A stretch of DNA of 63,999 nucleotides, counting the filler, from Perkinsus chesapeaki ATCC PRA-425 (Eukaryota > Protista > Perkinsozoa), in NCBI GenBank assembly GCA_013115145.1. It is 8 parts of 8 records of this genome, joined end to end, with 100 filler letters (N's around TTAATTAATTAA, not from the genome) between each part and the next. Parts side by side here need not be neighbours in the genome. Positions count along the whole stretch, not along the records: positions 13,997 to 24,283 come from JAAPAO010000895.1; positions 24,384 to 29,719 come from JAAPAO010001168.1; positions 29,820 to 46,052 come from JAAPAO010000709.1; 5 more parts are not named here. One strand, written 5' to 3'. Below the pieces are notes generated by a model that made no database searches, was not told where the DNA came from, and worked only from the letters and a program-made list of their open reading frames with translations. Positions within the stretch are counted from its first letter, which is position 1. Every line of letters starts with the position of its first letter. Made by a program: the position numbers and the translations under genes. This document shows, in pieces, positions 23,501 through 35,939 of the stretch.

Positions 23501-26500
23501 TAGTAGCTTACCGACCTGTCCTTGCTCACAAGATAGAAGCTACAGCTTGCAGAGACCAGAGCCGCAGCTAGCAGATACAAAATTTGAGAAAGTTGAGAAT
23601 CATGTCCGTCACCTTGCTGAGATTAGTTCGAAATCGTTATCATGCACTTGTTACCCTCATTAAAGACCTCATCGGTTGTTACTAATATGGATACTGGGTG
23701 TCTACTTGCGTTTTGAGGACAGTGCTCCGGGCTGCGGCTCGTCACGAAATAAAAACGCAAGGTGCCCCCGCGGCCTAGGCAGCTTCGTGATTGGTAAACT
23801 AGGTTTCCGGTGCGAAGGGGCGGATCTCGCTAAAATTGTATCACTAACATGGGACTGTGTTAAATTTGTAATCACTGCTCACACTCTGTTCTACTGGAGA
23901 GATACTAGAACAGCGCAGTTTGAGCTCAATGGCCTTGCCTGCTATAGCTGCTACGGCTGCTATGGTGAGTTAGACTATGCAGTTAATGCAGTCGATGCAG
24001 TTGAGCTATGACCCCAAGCCGTAACTTAATGTCCGATAAACGGCCACTATCGCGCGGAGTTTAACTGATAGCACAGTTCCGTTCATCGGATTCCCAGTCA
24101 TTTTGGGGCGTAAGGAGATTCGAGATACACACTCTGTCAAACATGGTAAGGTATCACGCCAATGTGAAGAGGTGTGGGGGACTTCACTACTAATAACGCA
24201 AGTGCCGTACTCTTCTTCTTCTTCTAGTCCCCATGGTCGCGGCCCGGCCTTTGAGGCGCTAGGGGCCGCCAAACTTGGACTGANNNNNNNNNNNNNNNNN
24301 NNNNNNNNNNNNNNNNNNNNNNNNNNNTTAATTAATTAANNNNNNNNNNNNNNNNNNNNNNNNNNNNNNNNNNNNNNNNNNNNCGTGCTATAATCGATCA
24401 AGCTATGGGCGTCGGCGCAATGTACACTGATAGGGGGCTCTGGGGATTCCTTACACTCGTTGCTTGTAGGTTCTATCGCGTGTATTAATATCAGAGCGTA
24501 CCTCATCACCACGGTGGTGACACCACCAAATGCTACTAGTGTAACCGACAAGCGTGACCGAATTCTTATCGTGGTTACCCCAAGTTGCTCTGGTAGGGGT
24601 GCTATAGAGCACAAAACTTCTCAGTGAGTCGCATACTCGAGTCAGTCCTCCCATAAACTCAAACTATGCTGGCACCCTCCATTCACAAGCATATGGCTGA
24701 ACGCGTACTGTGCGGCCTAACGGTTCTTCAGGAGATCGAGATCGCTAGCTTGATATTTAACTCTCTTTCGGCACCGAGTCGCTCATTGAGTAGCATTTGC
24801 CCTTGAGATCTTTACTACTACGAGCCTACGTTTATTGACATCAAAACTACCGATGGCTGGGTGTGGTAAATGCTCATACGTTGGTGTTTTTTATGAAAGC
24901 CGTATGAAAGAGCACAATTGGTATGAAATAGCTGAAGTAATAGTGGTCGGTGGCGACTATAACGTATACTTGCACTTCGAAACACGACTGGCGCCAACAC
25001 TCAATATGTGAGCTTATACATGGCTGCTAGACCAGCTAGACGCGAGTGGCTCGCGGCAAGTGCGCCGGCATGGAGTCCACTGGATTCCTGTTCAAATGCC
25101 ATTATTACTCGGTTGCAAATGCCGACGGAGGATTTCAGATGGATCTCTTTCTGTGACTGAGCTCCTTGAGAGCGCTCGTGTGAAGAACTTAGTATGGCTT
25201 GGGCTGCTCTTCATCAACTGACATTAAGGATGAGTTAGAGTTAGTAGATAGTCTTCGACTTGGATTGTCAGTCATAGATGAGTGATCGTGAGTACGGTTA
25301 TTGTTCTCGTAAAGATGGAGGAGATTACCGAACAGGACAAACTTCAAGTGTGACACTTATAAATGGCCCTCTTTCTCTCCTTTTTCTCTCCTTTTTCTCT
25401 TGGAGCTCCGTCGAGGTTTTGGTAGCAGACAGATTAACAGAAGTTTAAACCGGCACCAAGATTGAACAATGTCATCGTAGTACCAGTGATATTGGATCAC
25501 ACAATATGCATCGGTCAGTGTACATCGATGTACGGTATAGGAGGTGAAAAGCAGCTACACCACCAACTGTTCCCAATTATGAGATCATGGCATCCCTCCT
25601 TAGAAACAGGAGATGTAACAGCTTCAGTGTGTGATGGTAATGAAGCACAGAAAAAGCTGAAAGTCTTTAGACAGACTTCGTTGGAGAAATGTAACGAAAG
25701 AACAAGCTTTTGAACCCTTAGTTCCTCGATACCTTATAGGTTCTTTATGATAAATTAGACATAGAAAGCCTCTCGAGTCGAGAGTTCAGCCCGGAACCAT
25801 GCGTCGAGAGTCTCGACGCATGTTTCCGGGGCGATTCAATAGCCGTCATTTAGTAGAGTGGATTGTGCCGTGGTTGTGGCAACTTTGCTATGAGCTCACC
25901 TGCCGGATCGCGGTACTAAGCATGTATCGCGCCAGAAAATATAGGAGACGAGAGACTTAACCAATCGGTCTTGAGGAATGCCCGCCACTTGAGAAGGAAC
26001 TCACGACTCACTAGAGATTCTAACCCTAGAGTAGCACGTAGACATTTGCTCGTGCGCGGTATGGTGCCCCTTCCTGCGGGAACTGTCGGTTACGAAACCG
26101 TCGGCGCTGTTGGAACGATGCACTTCAAAAACTTCTATGTCTCGTAGCAGTCTTGGTGGGGTCTTTGAACGTCGCCGGAGCTGTGACCCAGGCGCTGGAC
26201 CGCACAAGCGGTCCTCCTGGGTCGCTACTGCCATCGTCTTATCAAGAGGACTCCCGACGAATCTCCTCCCTACAAACACTCCCGCTGCATTCGACGTTTG
26301 ATACCAAGTCTTGCACTCTGTGTGGCATCTGCTATGGATGAAGCTAGGCTCTTGAGTGCTTCAGTCGTGCATTAATTTAGACTCCACGCATGAGTCTCCT
26401 GGAGACACCATCCTGGAGTGCCCAGTTGAGCGCACAATGGCTTCGGTGACGTCGAAATAAAAACATGCGATACTTGGCTTGAAGCTCTGGTTGTAGTGAT

Positions 26501-26764
26501 ATGGCCCGCGACAGGCCAAGCGGCGGTAGGATAGTGGTGATTGTGCTATTACTCATCACAATCACATCAATGAGCATGGTATGGAAGCTAATGTACCCTC
26601 TTCCACTGAGTGAGCTTCTATAGAATAGATGTGACCTTAATAGTTAATCTTTCAGGCAAACCGGTCAGCCAAGTGCCAGTTCCTGAGAACAGGGAGCTCT
26701 TTTCCGGCGAGTAAGCAGGAGAGTGACAAAATAAGCGGTTAACGTATTCCTTTTCACGGAACAT

Positions 26765-28983
26765 GTGGAGAGCGGCTGTTTTTCGCTACAATTCGAAGCA
26801 GGGGTGTATCTACTTTCAGGTGGGCTATTGAAAGCCTACACCAGTGTTCTCCGAGGCCCTTGCGAGAAGACTTCTCTTCCTGGAATACGAGCAGGTATAA
26901 TGTGCAACACTGTCCGTATACAGATTCCAGAGGTAGGTCCCTACGACAGTGGTTCAGGCGTGAAATTTAAGATATATCTTAAACAGCTTGATATACAGTT
27001 TATAGATCGATCTACTTGCATGATGCCGTTCATGCAACTCTGTCAGGTGCCATCTACAAATTTGTGCTTCCCAACACGTCACATCCATTAAATGAAGTTT
27101 GCGATGAAGAAAATGGGATATGCGACATCACCGATGTTAAAGATCAAAACTGTTCGATTAATTTCTATAGTGCTGACGAGCTCCCCCGTCTTCTATCCTT
27201 CGAAAAGGTGGAATACCCCAACGAAAGGCCTAGAGCAAGGATCCACCTCTCTAAAATGCATTTTCAAGTTACGCACGATGCCCTGATTGTTCGAAATTGT
27301 TCTAAGACTGTCGAATGGACGGTGTTTCACATGAAACGGAAACCTCCACCACATTCGTTCTCTCACGTTTCACGCCGGGAAGCCGCAATCAGCTCTGGTG
27401 GTGTCTTCGGGTTCCCAATATCCCCCATATCACGTAAAGATGGCAATGATGCTTGGTATAATACTGACCATATTACTCTGATCATTATAGACGCCATCAG
27501 CCGTGCTCATTTTATGCGTACATTCGGCAAAACACGAGAATACATAGAGGGTAAGCGGAGTGCTAAGGAGGGTTATGTATTGGGTGGGTACATTGCTACT
27601 GGTAAATTCACTATGTTGGCGATGACAGCCTTTCAAATTGGTTACTTCAACCCGTTGACACCTTTGATGGAGTTTGCTACAGAAGATGGAAGGACTAAAG
27701 GACTGGTGAGTAACAACATTACTTCGTCGTATAATTGCTTTTTAATTCTAGTGTGCCATGTCCGGAGCTCGCAAGCTCCTAAGATCTAATGTTATCCATA
27801 TGGTGATTCTTTCAGGCTCAATACGCGAGGGATGGTGGTATGATATCAGCTACATGCTCCGGAGTTGAGGGTTTGAATCTGTTGGCCTACAATTGGAAAA
27901 CTGGCCAGCTTGGTCCTCATCACTATTTGAATGCACTTGAGGACAAAATCGAAGGGTTGTCCGAAATATTTGAAAGGAAGACTGTCCTTGAATGCACTGG
28001 CAACCTCCGACAGGAAGAGTATTGCCTCCCTGTCGGCAAGAGTGTGGCGAAGTTGTACGAAAAAAATAAAGACGTGAGGCTCTTCCAACAGCTTTATATG
28101 ACGGGAAACCACCAAGGTGACCAAATGTATGGTGTCGGTTGGGATGATAACCTTTTTGAATATCTCAAGTGGCAAGATGAGTTTTACAACAACCTCGGCC
28201 AGCGACATACGACTATTCTTATGAGTGATCATGGGAACCAATGGGCTAGCCATAAGGCAGCTGCTAATGAAAGATATTCCCCACTTGCCGTCATCCTTTC
28301 AAATGAGAGGTTTCCCGAAGACGTTCATCAAGTCCTATCTTACAATGAGTTAGCATTACTAACAAGCGTCGATTTGCATAACGCCGTTCTTGGTCTAATC
28401 AATAAGGACCTCCTCCCAGTCAGCTGTAAGTTGTATTGATGCATTTCATTGCGGACAATATCCTGTGAAGGTCGCCGCGACTCACTTCGATGTGACGTAT
28501 CCCTCCGGAACATAATTGAAACCCGAATACCTCATCGGACTCCGAGAGAGATGGGCATTCCGACGAAGTAAGTCACACTCCCTCTTGTGTAAACCGTATT
28601 GCTTTCCGTTTAGAGCTTCGCCATGCTCCCTCGAATGGGGAGAGGAGTCTTCGGATGTCCCCCTCAACACAATACAGCGCATTGTGCAGTTCGTTAATGC
28701 ACAACATTCTCCTGGTTCGCCATGTCTTGACCTTGAAGTATCTACAAGTTTCAACCCGACAATTCGTAGAACAACTGATGGTTCGGTTGGGACTGTTAGG
28801 CTGAGGCTTCAGTCGCGTAAGAAACCCAGCATCTCCATGTTGTATGATGTGGATCTCATTAACGAAACCCCACAGTTTGCCGAACCTCGAGAGACGTACA
28901 TGGGGTTCCAGGCTTGTATGCCAACCGATATGTCGACATTCAACAAGCTCACATGTCTATGTGACAAGCTTTCTACCTTTTAA
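26765..28983 (+). CDS. DUF229 / alkaline phosphatase-sulfatase superfamily protein, multi-exon
   Basis: ITLIIIDAISRAHFMRTFGKT, WDDNLFEYL and ILMSDHG match DUF229 motifs (DSxSR..F.R..P.T; SDHG). Confidence 0.7.
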
Positions 28984-30145
28984 GTGTTCTCGGAAGCCTG
29001 TAGAGCGGCTCAGTAAGAGTATTGCTAAACTTAACTTGAAGTTTCCTTAGAGCCTTTCACATGAGTTCTAGTCATGAACTTCAATCCAATTAAGGTACGT
29101 TGGAGTACTTCCGAACTCATGCTGATCAAAGGTCCGTCATGAACTGGAACCTGGAGCAAGCCTTCTCCAATAATCATTGAACATACATCATCATAACATC
29201 AGATCGACTCGCGCCTCTGCTGATTGGCTTACAGCGTGTATTCTTATGAGCGTGCCAGCGTCGAAAACATGACGAGTATCTCGTGCGTCGATCGTCTTGA
29301 AGCTTCCGATGTCTAGCTAGGTTGAAAATGTGTCAACTGCAAGTCATGCCATTCACTGCGAAGACAAAAGTGGCCCTAAAGAGCCTGCCAGCCTCATAAT
29401 ATACAGCCATTTTCAGAATCGGTGTTTACCGTGACATGCATTGCTCAAGTTTCATCTCCAATGGCCCGCCAAGATTTTGCTGCCGGCAGGATGGCCGTAC
29501 TTCTTATGCTACCTGTCAGTATCACGCTTATCACTCTGGTAGGGAAAGGGTGCTACCACGGAGGCTCCCTGGAAACAAGTGAGACCTGCAACTTCAAGGC
29601 ATATGCCGCTGTTACGGTTAGCCTATTTCCCTCTTCAGCCAATTCTGTTGATGAAGCGCACGTTCTCCCGAACGAGGAGCTATTTTCACCCGAGTAGCAC
29701 AAGGTGGACTTTATTCATTNNNNNNNNNNNNNNNNNNNNNNNNNNNNNNNNNNNNNNNNNNNNTTAATTAATTAANNNNNNNNNNNNNNNNNNNNNNNNN
29801 NNNNNNNNNNNNNNNNNNNTAGGCACACCATCGTCTGCCAGGTACACCGCCGGCGCGTCCCTACCTCCCAGTCCCCGCAGTCAGAGGTTTCAATGGAGCG
29901 ACAGAGTTCTGCACGTGTGCACAATAATCCTCCAAAATTCGCTGTCCAAATTTATGTTTCGATATGGCCGATGTTTTCGCAAGCTGCATGACACAATGGA
30001 GCCACCGGCGGATTAATGACGTATGCACGTTCGTTATCTGCTGAGCAGATTCTGCTCTCTTGTACAACAACAGCATCTGGAGTGTCAGCTGCACGCATGT
30101 ACAAGCCCTCTGCGTCACGTCGCTAACTTGTAAGTGCTTTTCATC

Positions 30146-32493
30146 ATGCGGCTACCTCTATGTTTCCTGTTATCTGCCCTCGCCTCGCGGCTGGTCACAT
30201 CCTACCTTCCTCCTCCGGTGATCTGGACGGATTTGTCCTCTGAAGAAAAGGCCACAACCTACGTGAACTCGATGCCTATCGGCAATGGAGGATTGGCAGC
30301 CAATGTATTTGTCGATACCAAACCGGAAGGCCCACCAAGATTTGGTCTTTTGATATCTGACCAACGCGCATGGAATGAAGCCGGCGAGCTCATGAAAGTA
30401 GGAAAAGTCACTTTCGACCTGTCACCAAGTCCATGGGACTCCAATATCTCGAGAACTTCATTTCAAATGGTGAGTGTCTCAGACTTCCCGCCATTTGCTT
30501 TGTGGAGGTTGCCAGCTTTTAGTTACTGAATGTAAGCATGGGAGCCGTCGTAATCGATATAGGTGATCCAGCAACTCGCATCACTTCATACGTTGATGCC
30601 AACCATGACGTTCTGGTGGTAGATATCAGCTCCCCCCGAGGAGTGATTATTTCAACAACAGCTGAGCTGCTTCGTCCTGCCTCATCCGTGTTAGAACCAC
30701 AGTTCGATTGTTCGGCTTATGACATAAGCGCCGACTCCTACCTCATCGACAAGGAAACTAATATCACTATTGGCTGGAGTCACCTGAACTATGGTGCCAA
30801 TTTCACGGCACATACTCTGACACAGTTGAATCTCGAGCCTTTGTATGATACGACGGAGGACAGGCTGCACCACAGACACACAGCTGCTGTCTGGAACTTT
30901 TCTGAGCCTATGAACGAAGTGTCAGAAGGGACCGTCAAGACAAGGGCAAGTGTTAAAACATTACGAACAGTTATTGCCGTGGCTACCACCGAAACAGAGG
31001 CATCTACTAAGGCTCCTGAGGGTGCGATGACGCTTATTTGTGCTTATGATCCAAAACCAGCGTGGCAGAACCATACTAATTGGTGGGAGAATTTCTGGAA
31101 TACAAGTTGGATAGAGATATCTGGTGAGAAGGCTGAAGCAGTGAACGAGAAGTATACTTTACAGAGGTATATCCAAGCCATACAGACTCGACAACCATAT
31201 CCTTTAAAGTTCAATGGTATGTTGTTCACTGCACAGCGAGACAATCCAGACTATCGTCAATGGGGAGGCCTTAATTGGTGGCAAAACGCACGTATGCCAT
31301 ATTATAATATGCTTGTGAGCGGCGACTTTTCTATGCAAACAAGTTTGTTCAAGTCGTACCTGGCGACTCTTCCTTTTGCTATTGAAAAGACCAAGATATA
31401 CTTCCCCGGCATGAAAGGCATAGCGGCTTACTGGGATGAATATGTCCACCCTTTGATTGGCACAACACATCCCCAGAGCTATGGGTGTGGTCGTGCTGGC
31501 AAAAGTGACCCCCCTATATGGTACTCCGATGATCCGTGGAATCATTATAACCTTCAGGGGGCGCTAGACCTCAGCTTTCTCATGTTGGATCACTACGCCT
31601 GGACTGAAGATGATGAGACCTTGAAAGAGAACTTGGTCTTAATCGACTCCGTTATTAACTTTTACAGTCAATGGAGGACTACTAAAGATGACAATGGTAA
31701 AATTGTTTTATTCCCAACACAGTCCGTCGAGACATGGCAGTGCCCTGGTTATGAGAACATGGTTGCTGGAGTGAACTGTACAAAGAATGACCAACCAACT
31801 ATATCCGGTCTCTGGGCTGTTGTCACAAGACTCCTCAGGCTACCAGCGAGTCTCACTACTCCTGACCAACGTGCAAAATGGGAAGCCCTTTTATCTGTCC
31901 TTCCTGCTATACCTACTACTAAGTCTAGGGAAGGCGGCACAAAATTAGCACCGTGTGAAGTCTGTTCCCTTTTCGCGAGAAATGTCGAAAATGCTGATCT
32001 CTATGCTGTTCATCCGTACAGGAATATTACTGCAAAGTCCTCGGGACCCGAGCTCGGTCTGGCAAAAGCCGCCTATGACGAAAGGCGCTTTACTTCGGAT
32101 AAAGGTTGGAATCAAAACGTAATGGATGCCGCTTTGATTGGCTTGGCTAGCGAGGCTGAGAGGATGGTTATCGCCCGAGCATCTTATCCTCCTGCGGATG
32201 GGTACCGATTCCCTGTTTTCGCTCCACACTTGCAAGACTACCCTCCATCGGGTGACCACTATGCTGTAATGAACAATGCTATAGTCTACATGTTATTACA
32301 ACCTATGGACGATGAGTTGCAGAACATGATCTTATTTCCTGCATGGCCATGTCACTGGAATGTTAGCTTCAAACTGTGGGGCCCGGGAAGGACTGTTCTC
32401 GAAGGGTCACTTATTAATGGTCATCTTGAAGGTTTCAAAGTCTATCCAGCTACCCGTGAACAAGCGGTTGTTATCCGCGGTTGTCAGAGCTAG
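30146..32493 (+). CDS. Secreted GH95-like / DUF5703 glycoside hydrolase; join(30146..30469,30523..32493)
   Basis: Signal peptide MRLPLCFLLSALAS; SMPIGNGGLAANV; YTLQRY; KFNGMLFT; DYRQWGGLNWWQNARMPY; LFPAWP. One phase-0 GT-AG intron joins the two ORFs in frame. Confidence 0.8.
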
Positions 32494-33342
32494 ATATCTG
32501 AGTCGACAAAGCCTCTTCATTGTAAGTCAGAGGCGTTTTTCACAAGGTATCTAGAATGCGTTATATGGGACTTCCTATTTGAGGGATGATCCTCCTTGTA
32601 GCAACACCACGGTTTTTTTCTTCAACTTTGCTGCATCATCTTTTCTTCAGTCAGTTATCTCTCCTTCTGTTACAAGACACTTGCAAAAAACAGTCTTGTT
32701 GACCAACAGAACACTTGCGTTGATGTTGTTTACTGGTCTCCATGTTCTGGATGATATGGTAGCATAAAATAAGTAGTATCGTATGTGAGGAACATTGGCA
32801 GTGAGTGAGTCGCGAGTACGAACGACTGTTCATGGGGATCATAGTGAAACTCGTCTCTCGGCATGGCACTCCTCGAGCGCTATACACAACCAGGATCAAA
32901 TCACTGTTGAGCAGTCTGTTCGCACCGCTTCTATTAATATCTGTTGCATCCTTCATTGAAGGACTTTCAATGACACTAGAGGATCCAGTAGAAAACCAGC
33001 AGGAATCCTGCTGCAGGATGGTCCGGGCTTTTTGCTGCTGGGGAAAGTTCTGAGTTAAATCCAACGTTAGTACCGCGGTAGTTGTGGCTCGCCCGCAGAT
33101 CGGGGATAACTGATACTGGCCAACACAAGGCTTTTGGGGAATATAACAGGCTGCCTCGCCTGGTGAAATTGCTGTATCTTAGTTCGACCGTAGATAGATG
33201 AACTTCTTCTTCTTATTATTATACTGTTACAACTTTCTGAACCAAGGAACTAACACATCTTAAACCGTTAAAAGCAGTTGCAGCCGGTATCAAGGTATCA
33301 TCGAACTAAATCATATATCCTGTGGTTCGAGGATACATCATA

Positions 33343-35712
33343 TTAGAGCTTGTTGGGAAGAAGCCTTGCTGCTGTTGTTGTTGCTGCATTGGCGCACCAT
33401 AGTATCCAGGATAAGCTCCACCCATTGGGGCGGTCGTCTGGGGCATCAACATGCCGGTACTCTGAGGAAGGCCTGACCGGACAAAACTTATCGATGCTAC
33501 TTCGGACGAATCTAGTTTCGGTCACCTGTGGCAACAACAGGAGCTTGTCCGAGGCCGATCTTTCTGATGAGTTTGTCGAGCTTCTTCGCTGATACAGTTG
33601 CCTTCTTTCCCTTCCGGCCTAAAATCGATAAATACAACACAAAGACTGAACTCCCGATGATGCAGCACCCCACCCAACTTACGGTTCTTCTTTTTCTGTG
33701 CTACCTCATCATCCACTTCGTCCTCTCCCTCGGGCTCATTGAACGGATTTGTCGCTGATAAGTCAGGAGTCGAGTCCTGAGCAGTAATGAGGTGGAGTTC
33801 GTTATGCTCCGGCAATGTAACTTCTGGCAAAATTTCTATCACAGGGAACAATTTTTGCCTCTCGAATGAGACCAACCTTCAACTTTAACCCCCTTCCGAA
33901 GCCAACTATGTATTACGGGCTTCTTAGCTTTCTTGCTTGACGCCGATTTCCCTCCCTTCCACCACTCGTTATCCGTCTCGTCATCCTCATCTTCCGAATC
34001 GGAAAGATCTAACAAGCACTGAGATGCATATTGAACTAGGGGCTATTACCAGCCAAAGCGTTCCGAAGGTCAGGAGTTGAATTGAATCCAAGACTCTTGT
34101 CCAAAAGAGGTGAAGTTAGACTTAATGTTGTTGCGGGATTGGCCAGCATGTTCTGAGACGCTACCTGAACGAGCATACCATAACCGAAAAGCCGAGGGGA
34201 ATGCCGTTTTTCATATTCCAAGGTAGGCTTACGTGCTGCATTGTGATGAGTCTGAGCTGGTTCATTTGGGAATTAAGATGCTGAAGTAGCTGAGGGTTTG
34301 CCGCTACCTGCGGGTTACCAAGCATCTGCGAAATCTGTGCCTGAATGACGAAATTTAGGCAAAGACATTTCTAGCGGTTGCGCATCAAACTTAGAAAACA
34401 TCCCCTTCCAATACTACCTGCATCATCTGTATGAACTGCGCTGTTTGCTCATTCTGCCGGGCCTTTTCCGAAAGGTGCAGAGTCGTCGCTGGGGCCTCCA
34501 TCGCAGCCTGGGCAATACCGTATCCCGGCAGTCTCGGAAAATAGAACTACACTTACCGACATAGTGTCGTATAGTTGTTGCATGAGCATTGGATTCTGAA
34601 GCATAGCTGGATTAGCAAGCACCTGACGACGATGATGTGGTTGGGGATCCAACCTGGCTGTACTACTACCGTGTCCAATTGGTACTTCAAGTTCACCAAC
34701 AACTGCTGTTGCTGGGACTGGATCTAAAGCATAATGTCCGTAAAGAGAGATACACCCGAATAAGCCTTACAAACATCATCTGTTGTTGAGTCTGCATACT
34801 TTGGGGATTCATCATACCTTGAGACGGCATAGTTCCTGGGGGTACCATACCACCCTAAACGGGAACATAGTCACATCGGAGTAGTAGGAGGAGCACCCCA
34901 TGCAGCAGTACTACTTGCATCATCATTCCTGGTGCAGTCTGTGGTGGCATCATATTATACGATTGTGGCGCACCGGCGGCATTATAGTACATCCCCTACC
35001 AACGTGCTATTACATCATCCCGAGTTCCGCCTACTACTGATTGAGTGGGCATCATCTGTTGCTGTGCCTGCTGTGGGTATCCAGGTTGCTGCTGTGGTGG
35101 GTACCCAGGTTGCGGATATCCTTGCTGCATAGTAGGTGTCTGATCATCTCCGCATCAGAAGGATATATAACCAATATACACTACTGAGGCTGGGGGAGCT
35201 TGTTGTGGAGGTGGAGGCGGAGGAGCAGCAGCAGCGACGGGCGTTTGAAAGAAAGGATCGTCGTATCTGATGATTCACCATGCAGGTACCTGAATTGACA
35301 CTCCCAAGTATTACTCATCATCCCATGCTGGTGCTGCTGGTGGTGGAGGAGTAGAAGTCTTATGATGCTTCTTTTTCTTGGGGCTCTTAGGAGCTGGGGG
35401 AGGCGGAGCAGGTGCACTACTTGACCTAATACAACCACCCAGTATAGCGCTAATACACACTGCCATTGCATTTTACTTCTTGGAGCCTCCTCCAGTCCGT
35501 TTGATCTTATCCTCTGGTGAATCCAATACCTACTTTGTTTCTGATGGATCCTTGGTAAGATATGTTATTACATGATTCAATGCTCTATTTAGGTCACCAT
35601 CGGCACCACTCCACATCTCAAGCAACCAATCGTCATCCAAATCATTGCCCATCAACGACTTGGCTTGGTTGCTGAAATTCTCAAAATCAGCGTCCTTAGA
35701 ACGAAGAGCCAT
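33343..35712 (-). CDS. Hypothetical multi-exon protein with UBA/CUE-like N-terminus and Q/P-rich low-complexity middle
   Basis: FENFSNQAKSLMGNDLDDDWLLEMWSGADGDLNRALNHV is a UBA-like three-helix pattern; downstream exons are Gln/Pro/Met-rich then acidic. Exon structure not fully resolved. Confidence 0.5.
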
Positions 35713-35939
35713 CAGATAACAACAAAATCTATAAAACTAGCAGCAAGTCACTGCTAGCAACAGGAGCAGCAGCGGCAGCTCCCACGAAACCGTTTCGCCA
35801 TAACCTTCTAATTTACCATTCACCCAGTGGAGTCCATAGGCATAACTCGAGTCACCAACTGATTGCTCTATCATCTAGCATCCTAGTAGACCCTCGTTAG
35901 CCATGCCTCCATGATGGGCCTAAGTGTTGAGTACGCAAG

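Noticed and set aside
23676-24283. Possible retroviral protease remnant (MDTGC, VILGRK)
   Set aside because: Motifs are short, in different frames and too far apart to support a call.
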